DNA of 64,000 bases from Raillietiella orientalis (lineage: Eukaryota). The position numbers and the translations under genes were made by a program. A model generated the notes under the pieces. The model saw only the letters and a program-made list of their open reading frames with translations, was not told the DNA's origin and made no database searches. Shown one piece after another: positions 26,115 to 38,680 of this stretch. Positions within the stretch are counted from its first letter, which is position 1. The number at the start of each line of letters is the position of its first letter. Location: positions 186,001 through 250,000 of the forward strand of contig JAYWIR010000020.1 in NCBI GenBank assembly GCA_036172245.1, in the 5' to 3' direction.

Positions 26115-27924
26115 TCAGCGCCTCCTCAGGGGGCACTCACGAAGGGAATCCTTGCCTCGGTTGTCTCTGAAGAAAGCCCCGAAGGACCCCTGTCTGCTTT
26201 AGGTTCCAATTGGTCTTTCGGAAGCACACCAAATATCCGTGTATGCGGGTCACGTCTCTGAGGCTTCGCTTCTGAGGCTCGGCTTCCCATGGAGGCTCGG
26301 CGAGATCCCTCTGGTTCGACCGCCGGAAGGTTCTTGGCTGCAGCTGCAAGTGGTCGAAGATTGGACAGCGTGTGACTTCTAGAATCTGCTGGAGGTCGTA
26401 TCTCGACTGCTCAAACTCGAATCAGTCCCTTCGAATGTCCCCGTGACGCAACACCGGAAGCATCTGGTCCACCGAACACCGAAGTTTCGAGCTCTCTGTG
26501 GTTCAAAAGGTGGTTCCTTGGATGTGGTTCGAAACGTGGATGGATGTCAACTTTCGTCTCTGTCCACTTTTAGCTTTCCCTCAGGCCGTCGCACTCGGTC
26601 AGCAGGCTGGGAATCGGCCCTTTCCTGTTTGATCCGAACAAAGCAGGCGGTGCTTCCTCTCCGCGAAACCTCCAACACGCCCCAGCTGCCTTGCATCGGT
26701 CAGGAAGAGTCTCCCGGACTACCGGAGTCTCGTCTCCTGGGAGACAGCTAGCGAAGGAGCTTACGCTCTCAAGCGTTGCCACCCTCACCTCCGCAGGATT
26801 CCCTTCGAATTTGCGTGTTGTGTCCAGCAGCGACGGATGCACATGGAAGACCGTGCAGGTACGAGGGTAATGCAGAGCTGGAGAGTACTGGCACCGTCTC
26901 GTGACTCATTGCAGCATCCCGGAAGTGGGGGGGCGAGGGGAGGGAGAACCTCAAAGTTCGATCGAATCAGAAAGGAAGCAGTGGCAAAACTCATAAAATC
27001 AGGACCGGCGTCGAAACTCTGCTGGTGCGCTGTTGCGGCACCGAGGCATTCGAACAAAGGGCTACTGGCGAAGAACTTTTCGTCTCCCAAAGAGACTTTT
27101 TTCGCTTTTTTTTTTTTGGCCATCAGCTGGTTCCTCGGATCCGGAAAGAGTTCTATTGATTCTCCTGTCTTCGAGAAGACGCAATAAGTGCGTACAAGCT
27201 ATGAACAGATGAGAACAGTAGATCTGAGTTTGTAACATATTAATCTTACTAATGGCCTAGGGTTATTGGAGCTGAAGATGCACTAATGGAAGAGGGTACG
27301 AACCGTATTGCAATAAAGTGTGAAGGGGGTGACTGCCTAGCATCCTAGTCCAGTGACGATTACTACGGATGCGAGAAGGCCTTTTTCTTTTTTACAGAAT
27401 AAAGTAAAGCACAGTGGGGCTGAAGAATGCAAGAAAGGGCGAAAACAAGACAGATGAACAGCGTCGATGTGGATGCAGCTGCGTACTCGATGAGAAAGAT
27501 GCGGATGCATGGCGTGAATGGAGAGGTTTTTTTGAAGTAAGAATGAATTAAGGCATGCAGAAAATGGTCCCGTCGTCGGACCTGAAGATTAGTGGTTGCA
27601 AGGATGATCGGGCGGCGAGCGGAGATGGCTAACAAATCATATCGTTGGCTTCGAGGATCTTCATCGAGAAGAAGGCTCTTTGCTTCAGAAGGGTTCCCCC
27701 CCCCCTTTTTTTCCAGTAAAGACGAAGTGTTTGTGAAGATGAAGTACCTTGGTATGAATAATATTGGCACGAAGTCTCAGAAGAAACATCGCTTGATAGT
27801 TGCCACAAGGACGGAAGAGCTCGACTCGTGTGAACCAACGACGGCATCTCCATCAAGGGGAAAGACTGGCCGACAGTGGAATGGCACTTGTCTTCACCGA
27901 AGAACGACGGACTGAGGAAGAGTG

Positions 27925-28560
27925 TGCTCGTGTCGGAGGTCATGTGGTCATGGTCTCCGCGCGTGGCTCCAAGCGTCGCCGGTTCGAACACTTCGAAATG
28001 AATCGACGCAGTGCGCCGTGAGTTCGAGTTCCTCCTCCCACAAGATGACGCTGGTTGGTCTACATTCATTCGGGTGCGGCACTGATAGCGGTTCAAACAG
28101 GATGCCCCCCGATGAGGTCCGGAACAATGGGAGTCGACCCTCCGGGTTCTTCCAGGAAACAGAATCAAGGAGTGCGGTTCCCTTTGCTGTTCCCCTCCGG
28201 TTGTGCGAAGGAGCGAACCCCACCCCTTCGGAGGGGATCCTCCGTCTCGTACCATGGAGTAGGTGTGTTACCTCTCCAGAGAGCAGAGAAGCGTACCGCT
28301 CCCTTCGGGGAGCGCCCTTCTGAAAAATTTCGGTAGCGTCCATTTAGGGTTCCCTTCAGAGGAGTTAACAGGAGCAGTTCCTTTGCGGGTTTCCTCCGGA
28401 GAAAGAAACCCCTCCAGGAGTCCCTCCGGAGATAATAAGAAAGGAGATTCCCTTCGAGTTGCCTTCCCCAGGCGTGAGAGGAACGGACTCCCTTCTATGG
28501 AGCCCTTCCTGGATTCATAGGGTGGTCCCCTCCCGGGTATCCCCTATCTTTAAGAATTGA
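27925..28560 (+). mobile_element. tRNA-derived SINE-like element, copy 5 (opposite orientation)
   Basis: ggtctccgcgcg..ccaagcgtcgccggttcgaa head, then gagttcgagttcc, gaccctccgggttcttccagg, ccatggag, cctctccagaga, ctcccttcggggag and ggattcatagggtggtccc. This is the reverse complement of the other four copies. Confidence 0.85.
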
Positions 28561-31408
28561 ATCCGATTTCAACGTGGAAGATCTCGGAGCTTCGCAAGAC
28601 AAACCACAAATGAAAGGAAGATGGTTTATTTGTTTTCTTTGATTTCCGATCATGCACTTCTCTGTTGAGGACCATCGAGTACAGAAGGCCTCCTTTCTGG
28701 CGCGTATGCGCGTCTGGGTGCTGCGAGTCGAGACTGCATTAGCTTTGCGGCAACCGACTTAGTCGACGCCTCCAATGCCACCGCCGCGGGCAAGCACCGC
28801 CCATGCGGCCTGGAAACGAATCCCTCGGAATTTTTTTTCTGGATCTCCTCACCGCCCACTTGGTATTTTGCGTCAGGAGCACACGAACGGAATGGATGCG
28901 CGCGGTTTCCCCGCTCTAGCAGGAGCGGATTTCTCGGAGCTGTGACGAATGCGGTGCTCCACCCCGAGCTCGCCGCTCGTATCCCTCTCTCTCCCTTCTC
29001 GGGATGATGCACCAGCGAGCATTGCTGGAGACCACATCGGCAGGCATTCCGTGCGCCTCTCCACGTTTATCGACCCTGAGATGGCTGTAGTTCTGCGCCT
29101 GAGCGAAGGGGAAAATCCCGAAAGTTCCAAGGAGAGTGTCGCTAACGGTGATTGGGAGTTACGAGCATGGGGGGGGGGAGAGATGACAAAACAAGGAGGG
29201 GGAGTGGAAGGGAACTCGTGCGGTTCATTCAGGGAACTCAAGGAGTAACGGCAGGAAACAAGACGGGAAGACAATCCGGAAATACGAGAGCGTTCGCAGA
29301 GTCACGCGAAGACGAAAGCCGGGAGGGTCGTGGGTAAAGTGCTCAGCATAGGCTAAGGAAGACAGCCCGGGAAGGATGAAGAGTCAAGGAGATGGTTGGA
29401 CCGTTCCTCTCCCACGAGCAAGCCGTGGGATACAATGAGAGGGAAGGGACGAAAGGCGTCCCCGGTGGAGGACACCGACCTCAGAGAGAACGGGAGAGCG
29501 GATCCTCCCCCAGAAGAGGAAAAGGGGGGAGGGGAGAAGAACGAACAAAACGTGTGCAGCGCTCGGCTGCCAGCGGCTCGTGAGGAGCGACAGCAGGAAG
29601 TGCAGCGGCCGTCGCTCGAAGAGGCATCTTCGGTGTGGGTCGGAGACGGCCTGCGCGGATCGCATCCTTGTCCCAGTCTCCCCTCCATGCATCTCGCGAT
29701 CCCGCTGCGCGATCTAGAAAATGCGGAGGTCTTCGGACCCACAGAGGAAGCTTCCTGAGGAAGTTGTCTGACCGGTTGGGAGAAGAAAAATGCCCGCTTC
29801 CGGCGAGAGGGAAGCGGGGTGTGCGGGTCCTCAGCGTGACGGAAGCGCGGGGCGTTCACAGGGGAGTCCGATGGGGGACCGTGTGAAGGAGCTCCGGAGC
29901 GTCTGGAGTGCTTCCACCCGCTGCGGTCATCACCTGGGAACCGTCTGCAGCGCGGGAGGCTCTGAACGTCGCGCCACCTGCGGCGCTTCGGTCTCTTCGT
30001 TCGGAAGAGAGCGCCCGGCCACCGTTCTTCAAGGAACAGCGCCATTCGTCTCGGCTGCCTCGCGCGGTTGCACCTCGAGGTTTCGGGAGAATGGGTTCAG
30101 GAGCACCACCACGAGGGTGGACGCGAAAATGAATTCCCTCCCCTCCCCCTCCAGCTCCCTCTTCCTCAGGTACCTGCGACAGGACCAAGCCAGGAGGGCA
30201 TCGTCGGGACCACTTGGCTTGGGCCCACGCGCTAGTCCGACCGACTGAGATCCCTACACGGAGCAGACAGGATGACAGCAGAGAGAGGGATGAGAGATCA
30301 CGCGATGGGAGGCTGCAGATGCACGGAACCCGCGCTCCGACAGCTCCTGGATGCCGTCAAACTTTGCAGGGGGACGGGACAACAGAGGAGCCAGCTACTG
30401 ACCAGAGAGGCAGGATAGAAGGGAGAAATGGGAGGATGGGGGAGCGAAGATCCCCACTGGCAGTTCGCCTTTCAGACGGAAACTCGGCAACTGGCATCCC
30501 GGAAGCTCAGCTCCCCAGCACCTTGGGATACCCCGAACTCCTTCCAGCCGGAATCGCCACCCGAGCGAGTGGTGACGGCGCCTGCCATGGAACCACCGCC
30601 TCTTATCGAAGGGGTCAGAGACGGGAGATCGCCAACCGAATGTGGGGATTTTTGGACTGCCGTAAAGGGAAGCCGAGCAGAGGGAATTGCTGACCCGGCT
30701 TTTGCGGAAGGGAGAAAAGGGGAGACTGGGGGACGCACCGGAGCAAAGGGCCGCACTTACACCCCTTCCTGGGCGGGACGTCACTGATCGGAATGGACTG
30801 TTTGCACTCTCTGTGAGGTCACTCGCCGAAGGTCCCCACTACAATGAAGGCAGAAAGCGGGGAGGAGAAGAAAGGGAGGAGAAAGGGAGGAAACGAAGGG
30901 AGACTGGAAGGAGAACGTGCGGACAGATGGAAGGCCTCTAGGCGCTCCTATGGATCTCCCCGATCGTGAGATTTCTCTCCTCCCCCCTCCTCCCCTCGTC
31001 GCTCAACTAGCAAGTGGCTGCCCAAGTGCCCTACGGACGGAGGAGGATGTTTCCCAGCCTGGGCTCTGAGGAAGAGGATTCCTAGGGAGGCTGGTCAAGA
31101 GTTTCCTCCTCTCCTCGGCAGGGGACGTCGACTGCTGGAAAAAGGCGCAGGAAGAGGGACCAATAGTGCTGCATGGAGTTGGAGGAGGACTCAAAGAAAC
31201 CGTTCCAGGACCGTGGGCCGGGAAGAAACGACAGCGACAAGGAAGACAGTGCGAGGGTGGTGACTCCGGAACGCAGACGCATGAAATTTCTGACCGCGAT
31301 GAGCGTGAGCACGGAGTCCACGCGTGAGCGGTACAGGACTCCTAGAAGGCGGCAACCCTAAAGTGTTGACAGGAGTTACGGCGCTCGCTCAACGACCCTC
31401 GATTCCGT

Positions 31409-31472
31409 AGGAGGAGGAAGAAGGAGAAGGAGGGAAGGAGAGAGGAAGGGAAAGGGGAGGATAAGAGGGAGA
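31409..31472 (+). repeat. Polypurine tract (64 nt, one pyrimidine)
   Basis: aggaggaggaagaaggagaaggagggaaggagagaggaagggaaaggggaggataagagggaga. Confidence 0.8.
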
Positions 31473-32812
31473 CTGGGGTTTGAGGGAGAATGTTCGAGCA
31501 GGGACGCGGGAGTTCCCGGATTTTGCAGGAGCCGTTGTTCAAGAAACCTAAGAAAAACCTCCGATGAATCGGAAATGTCTTCTCTTCTCTCTTCTCCTTT
31601 GTGGAGAGGAGAAGGGGAACTCTAGGGACCGGTTGCGACAAGACCGGAGTACCTCCATCCGCCCCCGCAGAGCGTGCAGGGACCGCCGAAGAGCGTGCGT
31701 GCGTTCCCAGGAGAAGCTCGTGGAGGTGCTGACAGCACGGTGAGGAGAAGGGAAAGGGAGAGGAAAGGACGTGGGAGGGGCTGCTGACGGTCCCTCTCCA
31801 AGGAATCGCTTCTCGGAGCGTGTCCGCGTTTCCTCCTGGAAGCGTCCCTTACAGGCGACGGGAGAAGGGACGGATTCCGCTCCCCCAAGGGTGCCGCGTG
31901 TCCTATCGGTAAGTGAGATGGAGTAGGGGACCGGCTGCATCAAGAACGCTGAAGGCTTCCCGGCGCTCTCTCTCTTCCGGGCAGGGAAGAGATAGAAGCA
32001 GAACCCTCCCGCGCAAGCGTCTACGTGGACCCGGCTTCCAGTCCCAGAAGGTTTGCTCCACAGCTTCCGGGAGGGAAAGCGCAGGTGCCAGGTTGCCTGC
32101 CGGGGGGGTTCGGATTCCCTCTACCCCTGCGTCTGCTCCTGCATTCGATCCCGTGGAGCGGACGATGGTATGACGGAAGCGGAAAGCCACTCGTTCCCCT
32201 GCTGGCGGAGAGATCCCGAGGGACGCTCTTGAGGGGACTTTGCGAGCGCCGCAGGTGACTTCCGGGAGACGCTAATGGGACCGGAAGTGTCGTCATCCAG
32301 CCTCCCTACTCGGCTGGTCTGCCGCTTCCCTGGTCGGTAGGCAACCAAACTGGTATAGCAGCCATGTGGCTTCCCGCGGAAGCGACTAGGCAGGTGCGGA
32401 GAGGAGGAGGCGTAGCAGACGCGAGAATTTGGGGGAAGGTGGAAGAGGGGAGGAATGACCAGAGGCTCCTCAGACTCTCCATTCAAGTATCCGACGCGGA
32501 CGGGGAGACCCTAGGGGGACCGGAAAGGATGCGTCTGGAGGAGAACTTCCGGGGCTCCGAAGGGAGGATTTGGGGAGCGCCTCCCTGTCAGCGTCCTCTG
32601 AGAAAGGACCGAAAAGGGAGAGGCAAGAGGGGGAGGAAAAAAAGGACCTCTTCGGGCATCTTCGGGCACCCCTCAAGGCTCGCAAGAAGGGGTGAGTGGT
32701 GGTAAACAGGAGAAGATTGTTTTTTTTACTTTGGGCGCCTGGAGGCCAGGGGGAAACTCAGAGAGGGGAATTTTCCGGTGGGCTCCGGCGGTGGCGAGGA
32801 GAGGGTCCGTTC

Positions 32813-33227
32813 AGGGGCCTTAGGAAGACCCCCACCGATCGAACCCACGCATGCCGGCCTCTGGAGGGTGTGCCGCCAACGAGACAAAGAGAAGCCACCG
32901 GCTCTGCGTTCCCGGGACTCCAGGAAGAAAGGAGCAGAAGAGCTTCAGTCAGAGCCATGGGTCCTCCAGGATCCGCATCTTTGCCCCAAGATGGTGGGAG
33001 AAGGAGGGATACAGATGAATCTCGAAGAGACCCTTCAGATTATTCCGGCAGGCGAGGGAAGACAGGGAGGAGGGGCAGGGCAGGAAAGAGGAGGGAGGGA
33101 AGGAGGGAGGAGGAGGACCCTAGTCTCTTCTCCCCTTTTACCCAGCTTCCTTTGTCTCGTCGGCGGCGCACCCTCCAGAGGCCGGCGTGCGTGGGACCGA
33201 TCGGTTTGGATCGCCCCGAAGGCCCCT
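32813..33227. repeat. Inverted repeat, about 83-bp arms (32813-32895 and 33145-33227), about 250-bp spacer
   Basis: Left arm core accgatcgaacccacgcatgccggcctctggagggtgtgccgccaacgagacaaag versus the reverse complement of the right arm accgatcggtcccacgcacgccggcctctggagggtgcgccgccgacgagacaaag. Confidence 0.9.
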
Positions 33228-35099
33228 TTCTCCTTTCCCTTTCCTTTTTTTTTTTCTTCCTCTTCCATTCTCTCGTCCTTTCTCCTCTCCTCCCAGTCGG
33301 CACATGCGCGCGCCGGAATTCGTCTGCTGTGTGGACCTCGCCCCTTCCTGCGACGAGGTGGCCCCAGGAGATTCGAATCCCTTGCGCTGCCTTTCTTTTG
33401 CCAGCGAGTAACCAAAGGGGAGAAGGGAATGAACCGCGTCCCGTCCAGGAACGGGAAGCAGCAGGCCCTTCGCAGGGCAAGAGTCAGCGCTTGTGGAGGC
33501 GGCGGCGGAAGAGGGAGAGAAAGGGCGAAAGTGAGGTGGATTAAGCTGTGCAGATGCAGGGTGGACAGGGGTCTGCTTCCGGGAACTCCTAGGGGGAAAG
33601 GACGACGCCTCGCGCTGCGCCACGCCAAACTGCTGCTTCCACCAGTGGATTAAAGCGGATCCACTGCTACCACGAGTCGGCCCCTGAAAACGGCCTGTGC
33701 GGACAGACGCCCTCCGCCAGCGCTCCGTGGCGTTGGCGGAGCGCGTCTATTCACGTTCTGCCTCCTCCCCATCCTCTGTCGCTCTGGGACACACGAGCGA
33801 CGCTGCGGTCTCGTCTTACAACCGCTGCTCCCCTCCTTTGTGACTGGACCAGGATCCCGGATACCGCCTGAAGAGCACCAAACTATCGTCGGCGCAGTCC
33901 CCCGGCACCGTCTCGAAGAGCTTCCCGCTCGTCCCCGAAGTTCCGGCCCTATGCACCTACCCACCCCACTATCTCCCGCTTCGAGACGGAAGCGGTGGAG
34001 TAGTGCAGTAGTGGCGCTCTTTTGCCAGACTGAGACCAACCACGAAGCTATCCAGAAAGGGGATATGTGCGTCTTCCAGCAGCCCCTATCCTGGGACAGG
34101 AGCGCCGATCGCCACTGCCTCGCACTGCTGCCCCGGTTCTTGGCGCTCGCTCTATGGAGGCCCTGAATCCAGAATCGGCGACCTCGAGTGACCCCTCCTC
34201 CTCCTCCCATGCTGAGATGCGCCAGACCTCCTTCTCGAAAGAGGGGTCACTCCCGTGACCCGTCTTCTGCTACTCCTGCCCATGTTTTTTTTTTTGCTTT
34301 TGCTGAGAGAATGGAATCCTGCAACCGCCGAGAAGAGTTCCCTCCTTGCAGGCACTCCGGGATCGCTGCCCAGAGCGACCCACTTCATCCGAACGGCCGT
34401 AAGGGGTCGCGCGACGAGCGTGGTGGGAGCTGGGCGGAATGCTTTTCACGCGCTGAGTTGCCAGGCCCACGGCAAAGGGAGGAAACAGGTCAGTCACGGC
34501 CGGCTGCGGTCATGAGGTGCCGCAGGACCTCTCCTACGGGGCTGTTTAGCGACCAGAAGACCTCCGATCCCCACTGGACACAGCTCGAGATTTTCGTCTT
34601 CCAGGAACGCTCGCCCGGAACAACCGAAATTCAACCCGGCAACTTCTGTCCCAGGTGTCCCGCATGACCGCCGTTGCAGGGGTGGAAATGGCTCAAAAGG
34701 CTCCCAGGAAGCGGACTGGAGCTTCCTGTCAGGGAGAGGGGCGCGCTCGCAGGCCAGGGAAGCCCCGCGACACGTCATCCTGGTCTTGCGAGGTCGGTCT
34801 CCCCGCTCTTGACGCGATGAGCTCCTCATTTGCCGTTCTCCCTCCCTTCCCACCCACTCCCGTCCCTGGCACGATGACAGCAGCCGTAGGGAGGTCGCAG
34901 GACAGCAGGGAGGGAGGCTGGAAAGCGGCAAGGTCGCCGCGAGACCGGCGGGACGGCAGGCGTCACTCCCGGTCTCGCATCGACCTTCCGGAGGTGGAGA
35001 TAATGGAGAAAGCAGCAGCAGCTGAGACCTCTTCCTATGGCACTATCTTCCTCTACCTTCCCTCGTGGGGGTTGTGACGCCACCTAACCGCAGAAGGGG

Positions 35100-35850
35100 G
35101 GGAGAGGAGGGACGCGCAGACCAACCGACAGCATTTCGGGTCCGTTATGCCGGGAGTGCTCGTCGTCGACGACCCTGAAGTAGTCGAGGACGTGAGGGAG
35201 GTGGCGAGGTCCTGACCCAGGTCCCTGACCCTTTCGTCTCTCGACGGTCGAGGAGTCACGATCAGGAGGGAATCGCACGATGGATCCCATTGAGGGAAAA
35301 AGGGGGAGAGCGAAGAGAAAGGGGAAAAAAGGCGGTAGAGAGAAGCAGGCACCACAGGACAAGACGCTCCTGCGAGACGGGACCCTGCCGAAGAAGGGTT
35401 CACGCGCGTGAGTTAGGTCACGATGCGATGTCGTCGGATGGGGAGGAGAGGGAGAAGAGGTGGCGAGAGAAGGCACCACGGGACAAGCCTCGAAGAGCAG
35501 AATTCGTCTCGTTCCTCCGCGCCATTTCCGTCCACTGCCCCTCGTTACGTTTAATGCCATTCGTTCAACCCCTCCCCCCGTTGTTCCGAAAGCTTCGCGC
35601 GGAGAAGTTCCTCGAGGATTCCTCGCGTGGCCTCCCGAGCGACCTTGGAAAGGAGGATCCTTAGAGCATCCCAGGGAGGCGCGAGAGGCTCGGAATGCCT
35701 CTGCATGGAGCTCCCGTTCGTCCCACCGTGGACCGCGGCAAGCTGCAGCAGATGCTCCGGGGTGCGAACCGCCCCGCTGCATCCCGCGCACTTGGACGGT
35801 TGCCTGGAGCCGTCCTGTTGGCGTTGCGAAAAGGCCCCGGCGTTCAGGAG
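35100..35850 (+). mobile_element. Possible ORF1-family remnant, interrupted
   Basis: cacgatcaggagggaa (about 35257) matches gacggatcaggagggag (about 38512). Later ELPFVPPWTAASCSRC...H...SCWRC is knuckle-like. Confidence 0.3.
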
Positions 35851-37969
35851 GAAGTGATCAAGACGATTCATGCACCGATGGTGACCTCACAGCCTCTCTC
35901 TGCATCACGTTTGCATCCCACGAACATGGCCACCCTCTGAATAATGGGTAATCGGAGATACCACCGTACATCTTTCGGGAAAATATTCCGCAGAGGTCTC
36001 TTACTTGCAGCCTCATACCCGTCTTCGTAAAAACGCATCGCTGTATCAGCAGATCGATAGCATCCCCGATCCTTCAGGAGTGCCATCGCCTACTCTGGTT
36101 GCAAGACCGAGCTCCGAATGCCCGCAACCCAACGCACGATGTGACCTCGCTCTTCATCTCTTCCAGATGGTGCCCTCGAAAGGCGAAAGCCGGTGTGGGA
36201 GAAGACCGCGTTCTCAGTAGCGGGTTCCCCGCGTTCCTCATCGCTCCGCGGAGCAGGTGAGAAAGGAGCGCAGGTCGCCGCCACTGTAACGAGGCCCACA
36301 TGGAGATGGCCACTCGCTGTCTGAACCGACGCCTGGGGGAATAGACACTGCCTGTGCTGCTGCGCGTGGAGGCGCGATCCAGCCACAGCCAGGATGCCGG
36401 CCGTACGCGCTGGCCAATCCGTCCTCCAGCAGACCAGGATCAGACTTATGTAGTCAAGCCTTCACAAGAAGGCCACCAAGCTTCAGGTCCGTCAAACCCC
36501 CGAAAACCAAGCGAGCAGGTGTGTGATCCAACATCCCTAGAAGGCCGGTGGTTTGAGATGCGGAGGGATGAACTCGCAAGAACAACTCCACTCATAAACA
36601 CTCGCCACAGATCGAGCTCCTCGCCTGCGGGGATGAAAATCGGTAGACGGAGGAAGCGGCGGAGACTGCTTCTGCATTTCTTTGTGCGAACTCGAAACGT
36701 GAAGGAAGCGAGCGGTCCACCCCTCCCGAGGATGCTGCGGGCATCTGAAGCGCTTTACCCCTTGAAGATACTCCTCGTCTCTACCAGGAGAAAGAAGGCG
36801 ACAGCCTCCCGACTTCCGCGCGTTCCTTTGCGGCCTCCTCCGAGTGCCCGTGCAGCGCACGAGCAACGCTAGGCACCTGTTGGCTCTGCCTCACCAAGAT
36901 CTCCGCAACAAGCTCCACTATTTCACCCCATGCACAACCCCGCATTCGTGCTCCACGCACCAGAGAAGAGCAGTTTTCCTCGCGCGCGCGCGCGTATCGA
37001 CCGGAGCGCTTCCCTCACCGGGGAAGGCTCAACGGAGGCTCTCCACGGGACGGGGCTCTCCTGTTCCTCGGCTCGTTCGCACTCCTGTCACCAGGCGGCT
37101 TCGTCACCAGCGAGAAAACCAAGTCGCAGTGGGCAGGGGAAGTTCCTCCCTCTCCAAAACTGCTCCCTGCGTACAGCTGCTCGACGCCTCAGGCGGGGGA
37201 ACGGTGAGAAAGGGGAGATTTGCGCGCCGGCTGTCCGTGCTCCCATTGGTGTCCACGCGCACCGCTCCCCCACAGTCCTTCGCCCCACCTCCGGGAACCG
37301 TAGCGTGGGTCTGGACGCTCGCAGTCTCTTCAGCCGAGTAGCAAGGAGCCGGGATGATTCATTTTTCCCGATCTCCCGATGCTGTCTGAGAGACGAACCC
37401 GAGCGGCAGTACTCGCACGACGAGCAGATGCATAAATTTGCACTGAAGATGAATCTCCATCGAGTTCTGGACCAGACTTTACTAACGTCATGATTTATGC
37501 ATCCCGATTATCATAGGAGCGGAGTACCTTTAATGGATTGTTCCTATTGTGCTCCTCTGATTGTATCGAAGTGAAGAAACAGAGTTCCCTGATAAGTTTT
37601 GTTCGGAGAGAGGATGTGGTCCAGGGTTCATCTCGGATCAGATTCAATTATGCCCTCCCTTGCGTGCAGAAGGGAGTGCTTGCGTTAATTGGTTCGTTCC
37701 CTGGATAGCACCGCAGGCAAAGAAATCGGTGACTGAGGTAGCTCACAGGAGAGCCCTTTCTGAGGGTGGCCCACCGCCGCCTACGATGAATCACTGCTTT
37801 GCAGGGATCTCTCTCCATCCTGGAAGGAAGGTCTCGGAGACCACGTTATTCGTGCGTCGGGGCGAAGGAGCAGCTGTTCGCACGCGTCCGGTTCGGCGGC
37901 GGCGACCCGATCGACTCGTGCGGCGGGGGGCAACCGGGAGCACTTCCTTGTCCCGGCACTAGTCGGGGA

Positions 37970-38680
37970 AAGATGGAGCGCGCAGTCCGAGGGAAGCTGC
38001 CGAGGTGCAACTGCGACGTGCCTGTCATGGTAACCGTGCGCTCCCCGAAGTTCTATAGCACCCTCAAGATGGAGCGCAGAGCCTCGTTTCCGCGTCCTCT
38101 TTACCACCTCGTCGTCAAAGGGCACGTATCCGAGAGGGTGCCTAATCTGATGGGATAGGGGGAGAGGGGAAAGCAGGATCTTCACTTTGTTCCCCTGAAA
38201 CTTTTTCCGGAGGCCTGCCAATAGGTGGAGACGGCGCGTTCGATTTTGATCCTCCTCCCTGGTACAGGAAGCGATCTGCACCGCGGCCTTCCCGAAAAGG
38301 CTCACGCCACGCCTCGTGCGCGTACCCCAGAGCCGCCCTCGAGAGCTCAACGTCCGGAGTGGGGACACTGCTCCATTCGCCCGCCTCCCCATTCAGGTGA
38401 AAGGTTGTCTCGCGAAGGGGATCGCGTGGGGGTAGAAAATCGACTGAGCACACCGGAGCATCCCGTGGGCACGGCGCGTGTCCCCGCGAGTCGGCTGACC
38501 CACGTGCACGTGACGGATCAGGAGGGAGCAGCGGGGACTCCCTGAGACCCTGGAAGCGCGAGTGGTCCCGTTGCGCAAGAGACACGTCCCTTTCCTCGTC
38601 GCCTCTGACCCCGATTGGTCGATTCCCTTCTGGGACCCGACTTGGAGCTGCAAGCAGAAAGACGTCATTCCTGATTCCGA
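37970..38680 (+). mobile_element. Decayed putative LINE ORF1-family remnant
   Basis: YSTLKMERRASFPRPLYHLVVKG (compare STLMSVAKRKFPHAKCVLYGWVKG at 51.74 kb), then LTHVHVTDQEG and SIPFWDPT, in the family order. Confidence 0.5.

Noticed and set aside
28110..28135. Hammerhead-like ccgatgag segment in element copy 5
   Set aside because: No CUGAUGA/GAAA core, and not conserved in the other four copies.
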